Of a DNA stretch of 64,000 nt, positions 50,101 to 62,100 are shown in pieces; position 1 is the first letter of the stretch; every line of letters begins with the position of its first letter. The stretch lies in the NCBI GenBank assembly GCA_964188305.1, contig OZ076897.1. One strand, given 5' to 3'. Below the pieces are notes generated by a model, which saw only the letters and a program-made list of their open reading frames with translations, ran no database searches and was not told where the DNA came from. Both the position numbers and the translations under genes were made by a program. The stretch comes from Podarcis bocagei. Lineage: Eukaryota.

Positions 50101-53100
50101 ATAGGCACCATCCCCTACTCTTCCTTGCTTCACTCTTGCCATGACCAGAGATGGAAACGGTAGGTCCTGACTAGCATTTCTAGAATCTATTTATAACTCA
50201 ATATCTTTCTCCCTTGACTAGTGATCTTGGTTTGATGAAAATAATTGTTGCAGTCTTTACTTGTTAGGTGTCTATCTTTACCTTTATTTTTTCTCTCTGC
50301 AATAATAATTTGAGTTTTATTTTTTTACAAATTAAAATAAGGTCAAGTGGTGCACAAATTTATTGAGTTCTCTATGGCAGGCATCACCAAGAGTCAATAT
50401 TGATGATACCTTGGTTGCAAAACTGGCAGAGAAACTGAATAATGAGGATCCAACTCCTGAAATATTTGATGAGATTCAGAGAAAGGTATAGTATGCTAAT
50501 TCTCCTTTTCATATGTATTGGTGGAAGTTGGTTGCTAATAACTGATTTTGTTGATTTTCAATGAAAATTCAAAGTTATCCCAGAAATATTGCAGCATTTC
50601 CATTACATGCAACTCATAGCTTGCTTTCTGTGGCTTGTGGCAGATGTAAAAGTACCAAACTTCTTAAAAATGGAGTGCTCCCACATATGAATTCTCTCTC
50701 GCTTCCTTTTTTTCAGAGTTAACTAGGGTGCCATGTTGAGTTTGCTCTGAATTTGATCATAACTGGACTAAGCTTTAATTGGGACGTGCCCAGCTTCTCA
50801 GTTCCAAAATGCACAGCAACAAATTCAGCAGCAGCTCAGCAAAATTGTTCTGGGGGCAATTTTGCGTGAATAACACTGCTTTATTAACAACATGGCAGAG
50901 AAATTGGTTGGTTGGTTTAAATATTGACCCAGTTTTTAGATCAGAGCTTTCCAAACTGTGTCATGACACGTTGGTGTGTTGCACAAGCACTCCCCACGCT
51001 CCTCCCGGGGCTGGAAAGAGGTTGGTTTAACCTCTGGTTTGCTAGTAAACCTTAATTACTGTGTCGCAAAATGATGCATGTCTAAAAAGTATGTCACCAA
51101 CACGAAAAGTTTGGAAAGCTCTTCTTTAGACCTTCATTACTTAACTGCTTTAGACCTTCATTAGTTAATTAACTATGGTTTGGACCGGGGTAAGCAACCT
51201 AAGGCCAATGGGCCACAAGTGGCCCACCGTGGTCATTTAACCAGCCCCCGAGCCACTCCCGAACTGCTCTGCCCGCTCAGTGTGTCCCTGCATGCTGTGC
51301 TAAACCGGTGCAGTGCAGTGCAGGAACTCGCTTCTGCGGTGCCAGAAATTGTGTCTACACATGTGCAGATGCCGAAAATCACATCTGCGCAGACACAGAT
51401 GCTGGAAATCACGGGCACGCGTGCAATCCGGCCCTCTGCTGGAGTGAACTGGCCCAGGCGAGGTAAACCTTGCCGGCCCCTGGTGGACGAAAAGGGAAAT
51501 GGATTCACTACAAATTGGAAGCAAAAGCTTTACAGTGCTTATGAAGGAGAAAGGGAAGGGGAGGTGGGAAGTTTGTGAGCCGAAGGCACCTAGAGACGAG
51601 CTGTGTTCTGAATTGAGATACTCAGGTTTATAATTGGGAAAGCAATGTTGTTCAACCTGGTAAGGCCTGCCATTCTTCCTTGGGTGCTGTGCCACAATTT
51701 AGGAGACCTTTGAAAGTCTAATCTGCGTGATTCCATAATTGCGAGTAATACTGAACTTTCCATTCCATAAGGTATATGATATGATGCTCCGGGATGAACG
51801 CTTCTATCCTTCATTCAGACTGCATGTCCTCTACGTCCGAATGCTTGCAGAGCTTGATATGCTAAAGGACCCTAGCTTCAGAGGATCAGATGATGGTGAA
51901 GGGGGTAAGTTTATGTTGTGAACCACCCTGTGATCTTTGGGTGAAGGGCTATATACAGATTTAATAAATAAAATAAAAATAAAGTTTATTCCAGATTTTA
52001 ATTGTGATGTTTTATGCTTATTTGTGATATCACTGCAGCATCAGATTTACTGTGTGATGTTTTTAAAATCTGTTTAAATGTTTGCCCCGTCTCATCCTGT
52101 ATGCCCAGTAACAATTTAAGAACCAAGATATATGCAAGTCCAGTAAAATGAGACCAAAGTACATTAAATCCCAACCTGATTACTCAGTTCCAGTTTCCAA
52201 AAGGGAGCCCACATTGTGTGTGTGTGTGTGTGTGTTTAAGATGACAGGCACTGATATGCCTTAGCAGAAGGAAATTTCACTGTTGGGTTAATTGTGCGCC
52301 ATACCCACAGGACTTTAAAAACGTGCAGTCATTCTGCATTGAGCTTGCATCGTGCATGAATAGAGAACAGTTTCCTTTGGATAAACTATACACTTTATGG
52401 TATGGAAGAGAAATACATAAACATCACAAAATATAATTATGATCTCTATCCAGTCTCTTTCATCCTGGTAATTATGACATGTTACAAGCAGCCCCTTAGT
52501 AAACTGAATATGAAACTTTCTTGCAAACTTTTCAAGTCTATAGCTTGCTCAATAAAAGAGCACTCAAGTGTCATTCTACAATTTCTTCCCCCCATGCTTT
52601 GTCATATTAAGTTCTGCTGTATGAACATGTATTGTATTGTTGTGGCCCATCCCAGATAAGGAAGACACACATCTGATAGTTAACTCTATTGGCAAGAGAA
52701 GCATTTCCAGCAGGTTCCACAGTGCTCTGATGATCACATGCTTATAGCCTCTAGGCAGCTGTCTATAGGTCTAGAACCTGCAGAACAGTTGCAATAGCTA
52801 TGGGGCTCCTTCCCTCCTCCAGTTTATATGCCTTCCTCTGATGTGTTGTGTACCTGCAACCTGAGACTTCTCCTGCGTGGAAGTCATTAAATTTTTACCA
52901 TAACCACTCCTGATTTTATTAATGTGCCAAATAGGGTAATATTATATGATAGTAGTAGACAAATAATAAGTGTGCTTTGCTGCCACCTAGTGGTATGGAT
53001 TAGTAATACCTTTAAGTTTTAACATTAGGGCCACACTTGCATGCCTGCTAATAGTTTACCATGTTTGTTCTAATCTAATTAGGAATATTGTGATGCATGC

Positions 53101-56100
53101 AACTTTCAAATTAGCCTAAAATTCATCATTAAGTTAAACTATGTGGATATCAGTAATGTTTTGTAATTAGATCTTCGTTTACACTTTCTATTCTGAAAGA
53201 AATCCTGATATGTAATACTTCACATGTTAACTTGCTTAAACATTTATGTTTTGATGTACAGTTCTGTCTCTTATTTTGACAGAATCATTCAATGGTTCTC
53301 CTACTGGCAGCATTAATTTGGTAAGTGTGTTTTTTCAAGTGTGTAATGTTGGCGGCAGTGGCAGGGTAGGGTAGGGGGAACAGGACTCTTTCCTTGTGCT
53401 ATCTTCCAAATAACTATCACCAGCAGCTCTTTATCTGACAGGGGAAAACACGCAGGTGCTTTCAGTCATTCAGTAACAAAAAGTAGTGAGGATATCAATA
53501 AGAGAAAGATCATTGCTATGACAACTGTATCCTATGGTATCTCCTTTTCTGACCCTGTTCCTGACACTTAACAGAAATTAGTTGAAGCTTTCCTACAACT
53601 TTGATCCTGGCCAGGAAAATTTCACCCACCTAAATTTATGTCTGGCTTCTGCCAAAGATAAGGATAGTTGCAGGAAAAAGTAGCAACATTTTTTGGTAGC
53701 ATTTTCTATTGTCATTTCAAACTACAGACACGCTCCCACATCCCACACATACGTGACCATGTTTACGCAGGCCACTGCAAAATAAATAAGTAAATAAACA
53801 GGCCTTCTCTTGCTCAGGACTGCTGCCATTGATCGACCAGAAGCAGAGCAGGAGGCACCTTCTCCCTACCTCTGCTGCACATCTGTGCCCCCATCCTGGC
53901 ACCAGTTCTGCTTGGCGCCCTTCTCAGTCCTCAGCCTCCACAGCCGTCCATTGCTACCACACATACTGGCTCACACAGAGGCAGGCAGGCAAGCTTGCAG
54001 GCTCAGGACATGCTGGGCAGTGGCCCCGGGTGAATCTGCCTCTCTCTCTCCCCCCTCCCTCTCCCTCATCCTCTCACTCTCATCCCCATTCACCCTCCCT
54101 ATTAAAGTGGGGTGCTCCCCACTTTATGTGATTGCACCTATGCCCACGGAGACCTGGAATGTAATCCCCGTATAAGTGGGGGACACCTGTAATTGTTTAA
54201 TTGGGAGATTACGTAACTAAAGCTTTACTTATTTAATTAATGAGAAGCAAATTTAATTGATGCTGGTGGGACTTAATTGGTGGGGGTTTTTAATTTTTAT
54301 TTCTAGTGATATATTTTGAAGCTAGTTTATTAACATATCAAGGAGAGGGATATGGTAACCTTTCTTTCAGGCAAGCTAGTTTACTGCCTAGAGGACATTC
54401 TGTTTTTACTTAGAAAGCATCCAGAAATAAGGTTTCCCCTCTACAATCTCAAGTGATAGCATTCCAAATGAAGACCTCATTCTCAGAATTGTGTAGATAC
54501 AATTTAGATACCAACCTTAAGAAGGAATTGTTCAAGGATAGGTATATTGGCTACTTGTAGCTGTGATACCTAAGTGGAACCTCCATATCCAGGGAAAATA
54601 TACGGTACATCTGAATACTGGGTGCCAAGGAGTTTGACTTCCATTTTTGATCTTTGCTTGCAAAGTTGTAGAGGCATCCACTGTAGGCTTTCAGAAATAA
54701 AATGCTGCACAATATTGGCTCCTGGTCTGTCAAAGCAGTTTGTCATTCTTGCTAAAATTGTGACTCTGGCTATTCTTCTTCTAGTCATTGGATGATCTTT
54801 CAAATATGCCTGCCGATGAGTCAATACAATTACATGCATATATTTCAGATACCGGTGAGTTCAGTAGTGATGCTTTCTCTTTCAATATTTGGTCATACTA
54901 TCATGGCTGTTGTGTTCCTTTTCTTCATAAACCTTGATTAACTCTGCCGTCATGTACCTCTTTTAAACCAGCTACTTTCCATCATAACCTTTTTGTCCTC
55001 ATGATCTCTGCTTGCTTGGTGTGGTTATTGGTATTCACAAACCCCAAGAACAAAGAACTGCTTAAGGCTCATGAAGGGGCTTGATGTAGCCCCATAGATT
55101 TTAAAAGCTTATTTTTTCTTGAACATCTGCCACACCACTCATTCAAACCTTTTGAAACTTTCCTTAGTTTCAAAGCAGTTTTCCAGGCAAGCCTATAGGC
55201 TTCTTGGGGGTTATGGAATTATTTGGAGTTCCTTGGCTCCTAAGCCATTCTAATTTTGGATTTCCCCCCTGTATTATTAAAATGTCATTTAGTTGTGTTG
55301 AAATTCCATGAATGCCTTAGACTATTCAATATAAGACTGAGTTTGTTTCATTTTCATTTAATGTACAATAATGTCATCATTAAATTGCATGTATTTCACC
55401 ATAATTTTATTTGTTCACATCTAACATTCACCTATTTACATTAAGCAAACATTTGTATTATTATAGCATACTCAGATATTTTTCTTCAACAATAAAGAGT
55501 TCTTCAGATCTATCTGATGGGGGGAAAGCTTTTTTCATTCCAGGCATGAATACTAGCAGCCAATTTTTCAGTTGTTATTTGAAACTCTTTTTAAAGTGTT
55601 GAATCTATGGGTGGTATTCCAGTAACAAGGATGTCCACTTACACAGTAGGACTCCTGCCCCCCATCCCCAGAACTGCTCCAGAAGTTTGGAGGAACCTCT
55701 CAAACAGATTTAGGGGTGCATGGAAGGACAAATTTCACAAGCAGAAATTACTGATGGAATGATTGCCTTAGCAGTAAGTTGGATTCCAATATAAAAAGAG
55801 CTGGAAATGAAAATATGCCTAAAATTGAAACTGAAACATGCCTTTAAGTTAAATGGGTTCCCTTCCTGGCTGCTGAGAGTGGGGTTTCTCCTGTTCTGCC
55901 CCCTTTTTGGCACTGAAAACAGTGGGTGTGTCAGCAGGGGTATTCGTGCTGGTCATACACAAGTGGGGAAATGCATATAGTTGCTTAATAATAATAATAA
56001 TAATTTATTTATACCCCGCCCATCTGGCTGAGTTTCCCCAGCCACTCTGGGCAGCTCCCAATCGAGTGTTAAAAACAATACAGCATTAAATATTAAAAAC

Positions 56101-59100
56101 TTCCCTAAACAGGGCTGCCTTCAGATGTCTTTTAAAAATAAGATAGCATCTATCACTTCATATTCTGTTATTGGTAATAACCACTGAATATGACAGCTTT
56201 ACAGAGACAACCAACTTCTGTGATCCTGGGAGTCAGGAATTCTTCATTTGGTGTGTGTTCCCCTCGCCCCAAAAAAGTTTATTTTCTATATATGACAGTT
56301 GTTGCTCCCTAGCTTTCAAATCTCATATATTTACCACATACAGCTTCAGTTAGCTTGACATATCCAGTTCCTAAGTAGCTACAGATACAATCTAAACCAA
56401 CAATGGAATAGTGGGATCAACCCCTTGTTGTTGGTACCCCCTTTCAAGTACCTGCCCAGGTACATCATAGGAGTCAGAAGACACAAATGACCTGAGACTT
56501 GTATGCAGCTGCATCATATACTGTCAGTCTGGTATACAGCATTTGGTTGTACAAATAGAGCCCTCCCACCTCCTTCCCAAAGCTGGGAAGGTGCTAATTA
56601 GACTTTGTGAAGGAGAATGGAGGACTCTAGGACCCTGTCAGAGCCACCATGCCTCCTTCTCATAGCTCAGCACCTAGCTCACCCAACTTTGGGAAGGCAG
56701 CACAAGGGTTGAAAGGGGTGTCAAATGTTGTCAAGGGCTGCCCCAAAAGGCCTTGAAGGCTGCATGCAGTCCCCAGGTTTCCGGTTGGACTGCCCTGATC
56801 TAGACAAGAACGTTTTGCTGAAGTATTGCTTGATTATAGGATGCTATAATTTCATACACAGAGCAAGGCAGTTTGTTTTCTTCCTCAGTTTGCATGCCCA
56901 TTTTGTCTCCACTTCCTTGTCATTTCCAACATCTCTTCATTTCATGTCTCTTCTGCCCTTTCGCCTTCCTCTTTTGTGTTCCTTCTTCCTTCGTTTTTTG
57001 TTTTAAATTGCTAGTTTATGCTGATTATGACCCATATACTGTGGCAGGAGTTTGCAATGACCACGGCAAGACATACGCGCTATATGCTATCAGTGTTCGT
57101 CGTCGAACCCCAAATGGTGACGAAGTATGGAAAACATATCGTCGCTACAGTGACTTCCACGACTTCCACATGAGGATTACTGAGCAGGTAATATTTGCAG
57201 TTAAAATGTGTTTGTGGAAAGAGCAGGTGGCTTCCTCAATTGATTTAAATTAGTGATGAAAGAGGTTCAGTGAGCTTAGCTGGTCTGTGCTTCTGATAAT
57301 CTACTAGAGTTGGGATAAACTAGCTAAGTCCAAACTTAGGAGAAGTTATGGTTTGGCTTGTAGTGACCTCAGAATAAAGTAAGTTAATATCCCAAACAAT
57401 CCTGTTCCAAACTTCAGCTGCATTGCTAATTTAAATGAGCTTTTAGTTCAATGGTAATTCTGTCCCTAGTAATTCCAGGTATGGGTGGGAAAGACCCCCA
57501 TCTGAAATCCTTTAGAGCAGGCATGGCCAAACTTGGCCCTCCAGCTGTTTTGGGACTACAGTTCCCATCATCCCTGACCACTGGTCCTGTTAGCTAGGGA
57601 TTATGGAGTTGTAGTCCCAAAACAGCTGGAGGGCCAAGTTTGGCCATGCCTGCTTTAAAGCTGTTGCCAATTAAGATTCATGCTGCCCTCCAAAGGTTTT
57701 GAACTACAACTCCTATCAGCCTAAGTCAGCATGGCCAGTAGTCAAAGATGATATAGTACAGACATTTGGAGGGCATCACATTGGCTACCCTTGATCCAAA
57801 TGGACCAGTGGTTTGACTTGGTATCAGGCAGCTTCCTAGGTTCTCATACTACTACAGAATTGATATTTAGGATCACATTACTGTGCAAAGAAGTATCTTG
57901 TATGCTCACACACATATGGAAAAAGAATGTGTCAGGGAGAAACCTAAGCTAAATCTATCCTTGACATTTTCATTTCCTGTATGTAAAGGGTATCTTGTGT
58001 ACACAGATAAATGGATAAGACTAATGGTCCTTTATTCTGCATGGTTGAGCATTCAGTTGCATGAACCCACATTGTTAGCCCGAAGTGGTACAGTTTAAAA
58101 CAAGTTGTTCACTTGTCCAGTTAATGTTAAACATTCCAGATGTTTCCCATCACAGTTAGTTCTGGGGGTGAGTGAGGGAGCTTCCTCCTGATTTCTGAAA
58201 CAAAGTAAATAGATTGGAAGTGTTGCATGTGAAATGGACCCGAAACGTATTTATGAAATGAATGCATAGTAATTCAGTTTGGATGTAGAGGTTAGATATA
58301 TATTTAAAATAAAAAAATTATGGGTTCTTTTCTAGTTTGAAAATCTAGGAAGTATGTTAAAGCTTCCTGGTAAAAAAACATTCAACAACATGGACAGAGA
58401 CTTCTTAGAAAAAAGGAAGAATGATTTAAATGCATATTTGCAGGTATGTTTTTATATTCAAATTTTTCATTATGTGTGCCTTAATAATTTTTTTCCTAAT
58501 TTGATCTCTTGAAAATTTGCAGCAAAGTTCAGGGCTGCCTTCAGATGTTTTCTAAAAGTCAGGTGGTTGTTTATTTCCTTGACAACTGACAGGAGGGCGT
58601 TCCACAGGGTGGGCACCACTACCAAGAAGGCCCTCTGCCTGGTTCCCTGTAACTTCACTTCTCACAGTGAAGAAACCGCCAGAAGGCCCTCGGAGCTGGA
58701 CCTCAGTGTCCGGGCTGAACGATAACTTGATATGTTACCATTGAAAGTGTTTTCAGGCATAGTAGTTCTTTTTGATGGTATGAAACATGTCATAATCTTT
58801 TACTGGCGTCATGGTGTCACTGGGCTCTGAATCCACCGTGATCACAAGGCAAGAGCAAAGATTCTGGGAAAGTAGGCAGCTCCCATTCAGTTTTTTTGGT
58901 GCTGCTTGATAAAAGCCATCACATCGCCTTTAGCTCCTGTTTTTCTTACATTTCCTCAAGCTATTTTTTCCTCTTTCTACAATTCCTTCATAACTTTGTG
59001 AGACCTTTTATCTTATTTCCTTTCCATTCACTATCCTTCAAAGAAAGATTTTTTTAAAAGACAAAAAGATACTAGTAGAAGATAGTACAATTGGTACTGA

Positions 59101-62100
59101 CCTGAAGTGTAGGTCTCTGTGACGTCATGGGGTCTGTGGGGCCACTCCCTAATATGAACTGCAATGTCCCTCTTCCTTTTCTTACATGTTCTATGCCCTG
59201 TTGTTTAAGGGGAAAGTGGGCATCTTTTATTTCCTTACTACCTGAAACTCCGATGAGTGTTTGAGCTTCGCGAGTCCATAAAACTGTTTGGGAGCCCATA
59301 AAACTGATTGGGAGCCACCCACTTCCCCAAAGAGTCTTTAGTTCTGCCTCGTGGTCAAAGTGGAGTTGCAGCCCAATCCAGTGACCCCATGACACCATAG
59401 AGGTCAGGGCCAATTTTACTTTTAGGCACAGTTTCAGTTGCTTTTATGGAAGATGCCTTTAAAATGTGAGAGTAATGGTACTCCTGTAACCTTTATATTT
59501 TTAGATGGAATTAGAATAAATGTACAGACATACTAGCTTGTTTTGAGGGCACAAAGCCCACAAAATGTCAGGCAAAACTGATAAGATTTGACAGGTACTT
59601 TCTATCGTGAGAGGGTTTGGGGTTTTTTGAATGGGGGAGGGACTGAACTGGCCAATTCTGCTTAGGAGAAGGACTACTAGTTCTTTTGGGAAGCAGGAGC
59701 TATGCAAAAGCATTTAAAACTTCTTATTTCTGCTGTGCTGTAACGTGTTTTATCATTCAGAACCAAAATGCTCACCTTCCAAAATTACCTGCCTCCTTTA
59801 CTTCTTAGCTTTTGTTAACTCCTGAAGTGATGAAATGTTATCCAGCTTTAATACACTGTGTGTATGACTTCTTGGAAAACAAAGCATACAGTAAAGGAAA
59901 GGGAGAGATTGCTCGGAAGGTAAGAATATTATCTGTTGTCTAGCAGGGCTCAGTGATGGCTGTCGTCCTACAACATGGTGCACAATCAATCAACATAATC
60001 TGTTGTTCATATTGTATGCCCTTCGTTGCTTAGCTTGTATTACATGATTTATATATGAATGGACACGTGGTATAAATGCAGTATGCAAATAAGGGGTTGT
60101 TGTTGTTGTTGTTTGAAACAGAAGCATTTATTTATCGGCAAAGAAGCCAAACTTGCATAAGAGAATTGTTGTAATGCAAAAAGTTTCTGTATTGTTTATA
60201 AGTTTGCTATCAAGCCTGAGATGCACCTAGTGTTGAAAGATGTAAATATCCCTTCCCTTTTATTTACCCTAAAATCCTCTGCCCATTCCAGGCACCACAT
60301 GCTTCATGACTCCAACCACCTGCTCAAAAGAGAGAATGCATGTCTCCCTCTAAAACTGGTTTTTGAGGCTGTTTCACATCAAAGAGCAAAAGGAGCTAAG
60401 CACCAAATTTTAAAATGCAGCGCTTTGTCAAAGTTGATCATTTAGTAATTGTGCTTGAAGTAGATCAACTTGCAGATTTTACATGCTTACTTAGCCCTTT
60501 TGCCCTCACAATTCCTTTCTATAAATTAGGCACAGCTTTCTGTGCTATTCTAAAAAAATTAAATTTAAGTAGAGGTTGAACTAAAATACATGTGTCTAAA
60601 ATGATTCAAGCTTCTGTAACTTCCTGGAGACTGAATCCCTGTAGTTCTTAAACTTTTTCATTTGAACGGAACAGTTAAATTAGTGCATATTCATATTATG
60701 CCATGGTTTGTACAGTTCCTATCAGCTCATTTGCATGCCACTTAAAAATATGTGGTTTTCTTGTTTGGCCAAAAAGAGAGAGCCTTTGCCCAGAGGGCTA
60801 GACTGAGGACCATGTTGTCTCTTCAGGAATCGCTGTGCGTCTGCCTTAAAAAGATGGTGGGCTTTAAATTCAAATGCATAATTATATCTGAAAGAAGTTT
60901 CTGTATTTTGCATGATCCTGCATTGCAATTCCATTATAGATATTACACAAGGGCCATATGGACATGGTAAGGGAGTGAAAGTAATGTATTTTATACATTT
61001 ATCCCACAAGGATTCTTAAGATAGCTAACATACAACAGGGACACAACAACATATTGACAAACCACAACAAAATGTTAATGGCAAATTTTGTTGGGTAGCA
61101 ACAGCAAGCATCAAACTCTAATAAAAACTAAGGGGAAAAAAACATTCCTACCCATTTTCTGGCAGGCAAGCAAACGCAGGACATTCCACAGATTAGGGGT
61201 AATAAAAAGCCCCGCTCTCTAGCCACTGTCAACACCTCAAGAAGCAGAAACACCCAGACCAAGTCCTCAGAAAAAGGTGTTGGGGTAGATGTCATGCTTT
61301 TCAGTCCCAGACTACTTAGGGCTTTGACAGTCAGAAACAGCACTTAAAATTGTGCCTAGAAACAAATAAGTAGCCAATATAGATAGATTGGTTATTTAAT
61401 TTCTATACAGCTTAATATATAAAAATATCTCTAAGTGGTGTGCAAAAAAATGAAGCAACAACAAACAACCTAAAGAAAAACACACTGTTACATATAAAAA
61501 TGTTAGATAAAGACAAAATTATATATAAATCAATATCAATTCATTTGATATTGTTCTGTTCTTTAACTGTTCTCTGTTCTCTCATGTTAGAACCATTGAC
61601 CATCTAGCAGTTTTATTTTTCCCCAGTTGTAGTTTCCAGGCAGTCTTCAGAGGCAGCTACAACAATTGAGGCTGTCAGTGGAGTTTCGTTGCAAGAAAAG
61701 CCATACCTGGCCAATCAGCCAAACGCTCCAGAGAATACTTGAGCATCCATCTGGAAAGGGAGGTCTAATTTCAAGCCAGGCTGTAATTGGCTGGCTTTAG
61801 AGGTGTGAATAGGCTTGATGCTACATTTTTCTAGGTTCTTAGGTGTCCCATCAATTATATTTGCTCACTTGGAAAAACTCTTGGGCACAGGCATTTGTCC
61901 TTTCCTCCTCCTTACAAACAGCTCATGACCACTTTGGAAACATACCCACTGCATTACAGGTCTTGGGTGAGGCACATTACCATATATATTTTGAGTTGTA
62001 ATGGATTTTAGATATATGCAAGCAACAGAAATCAGAAAATAACATAGTTCTCATTTTTTTAAAAAAATATTGGATTATTATTATTTTTTAGATTATTGGA

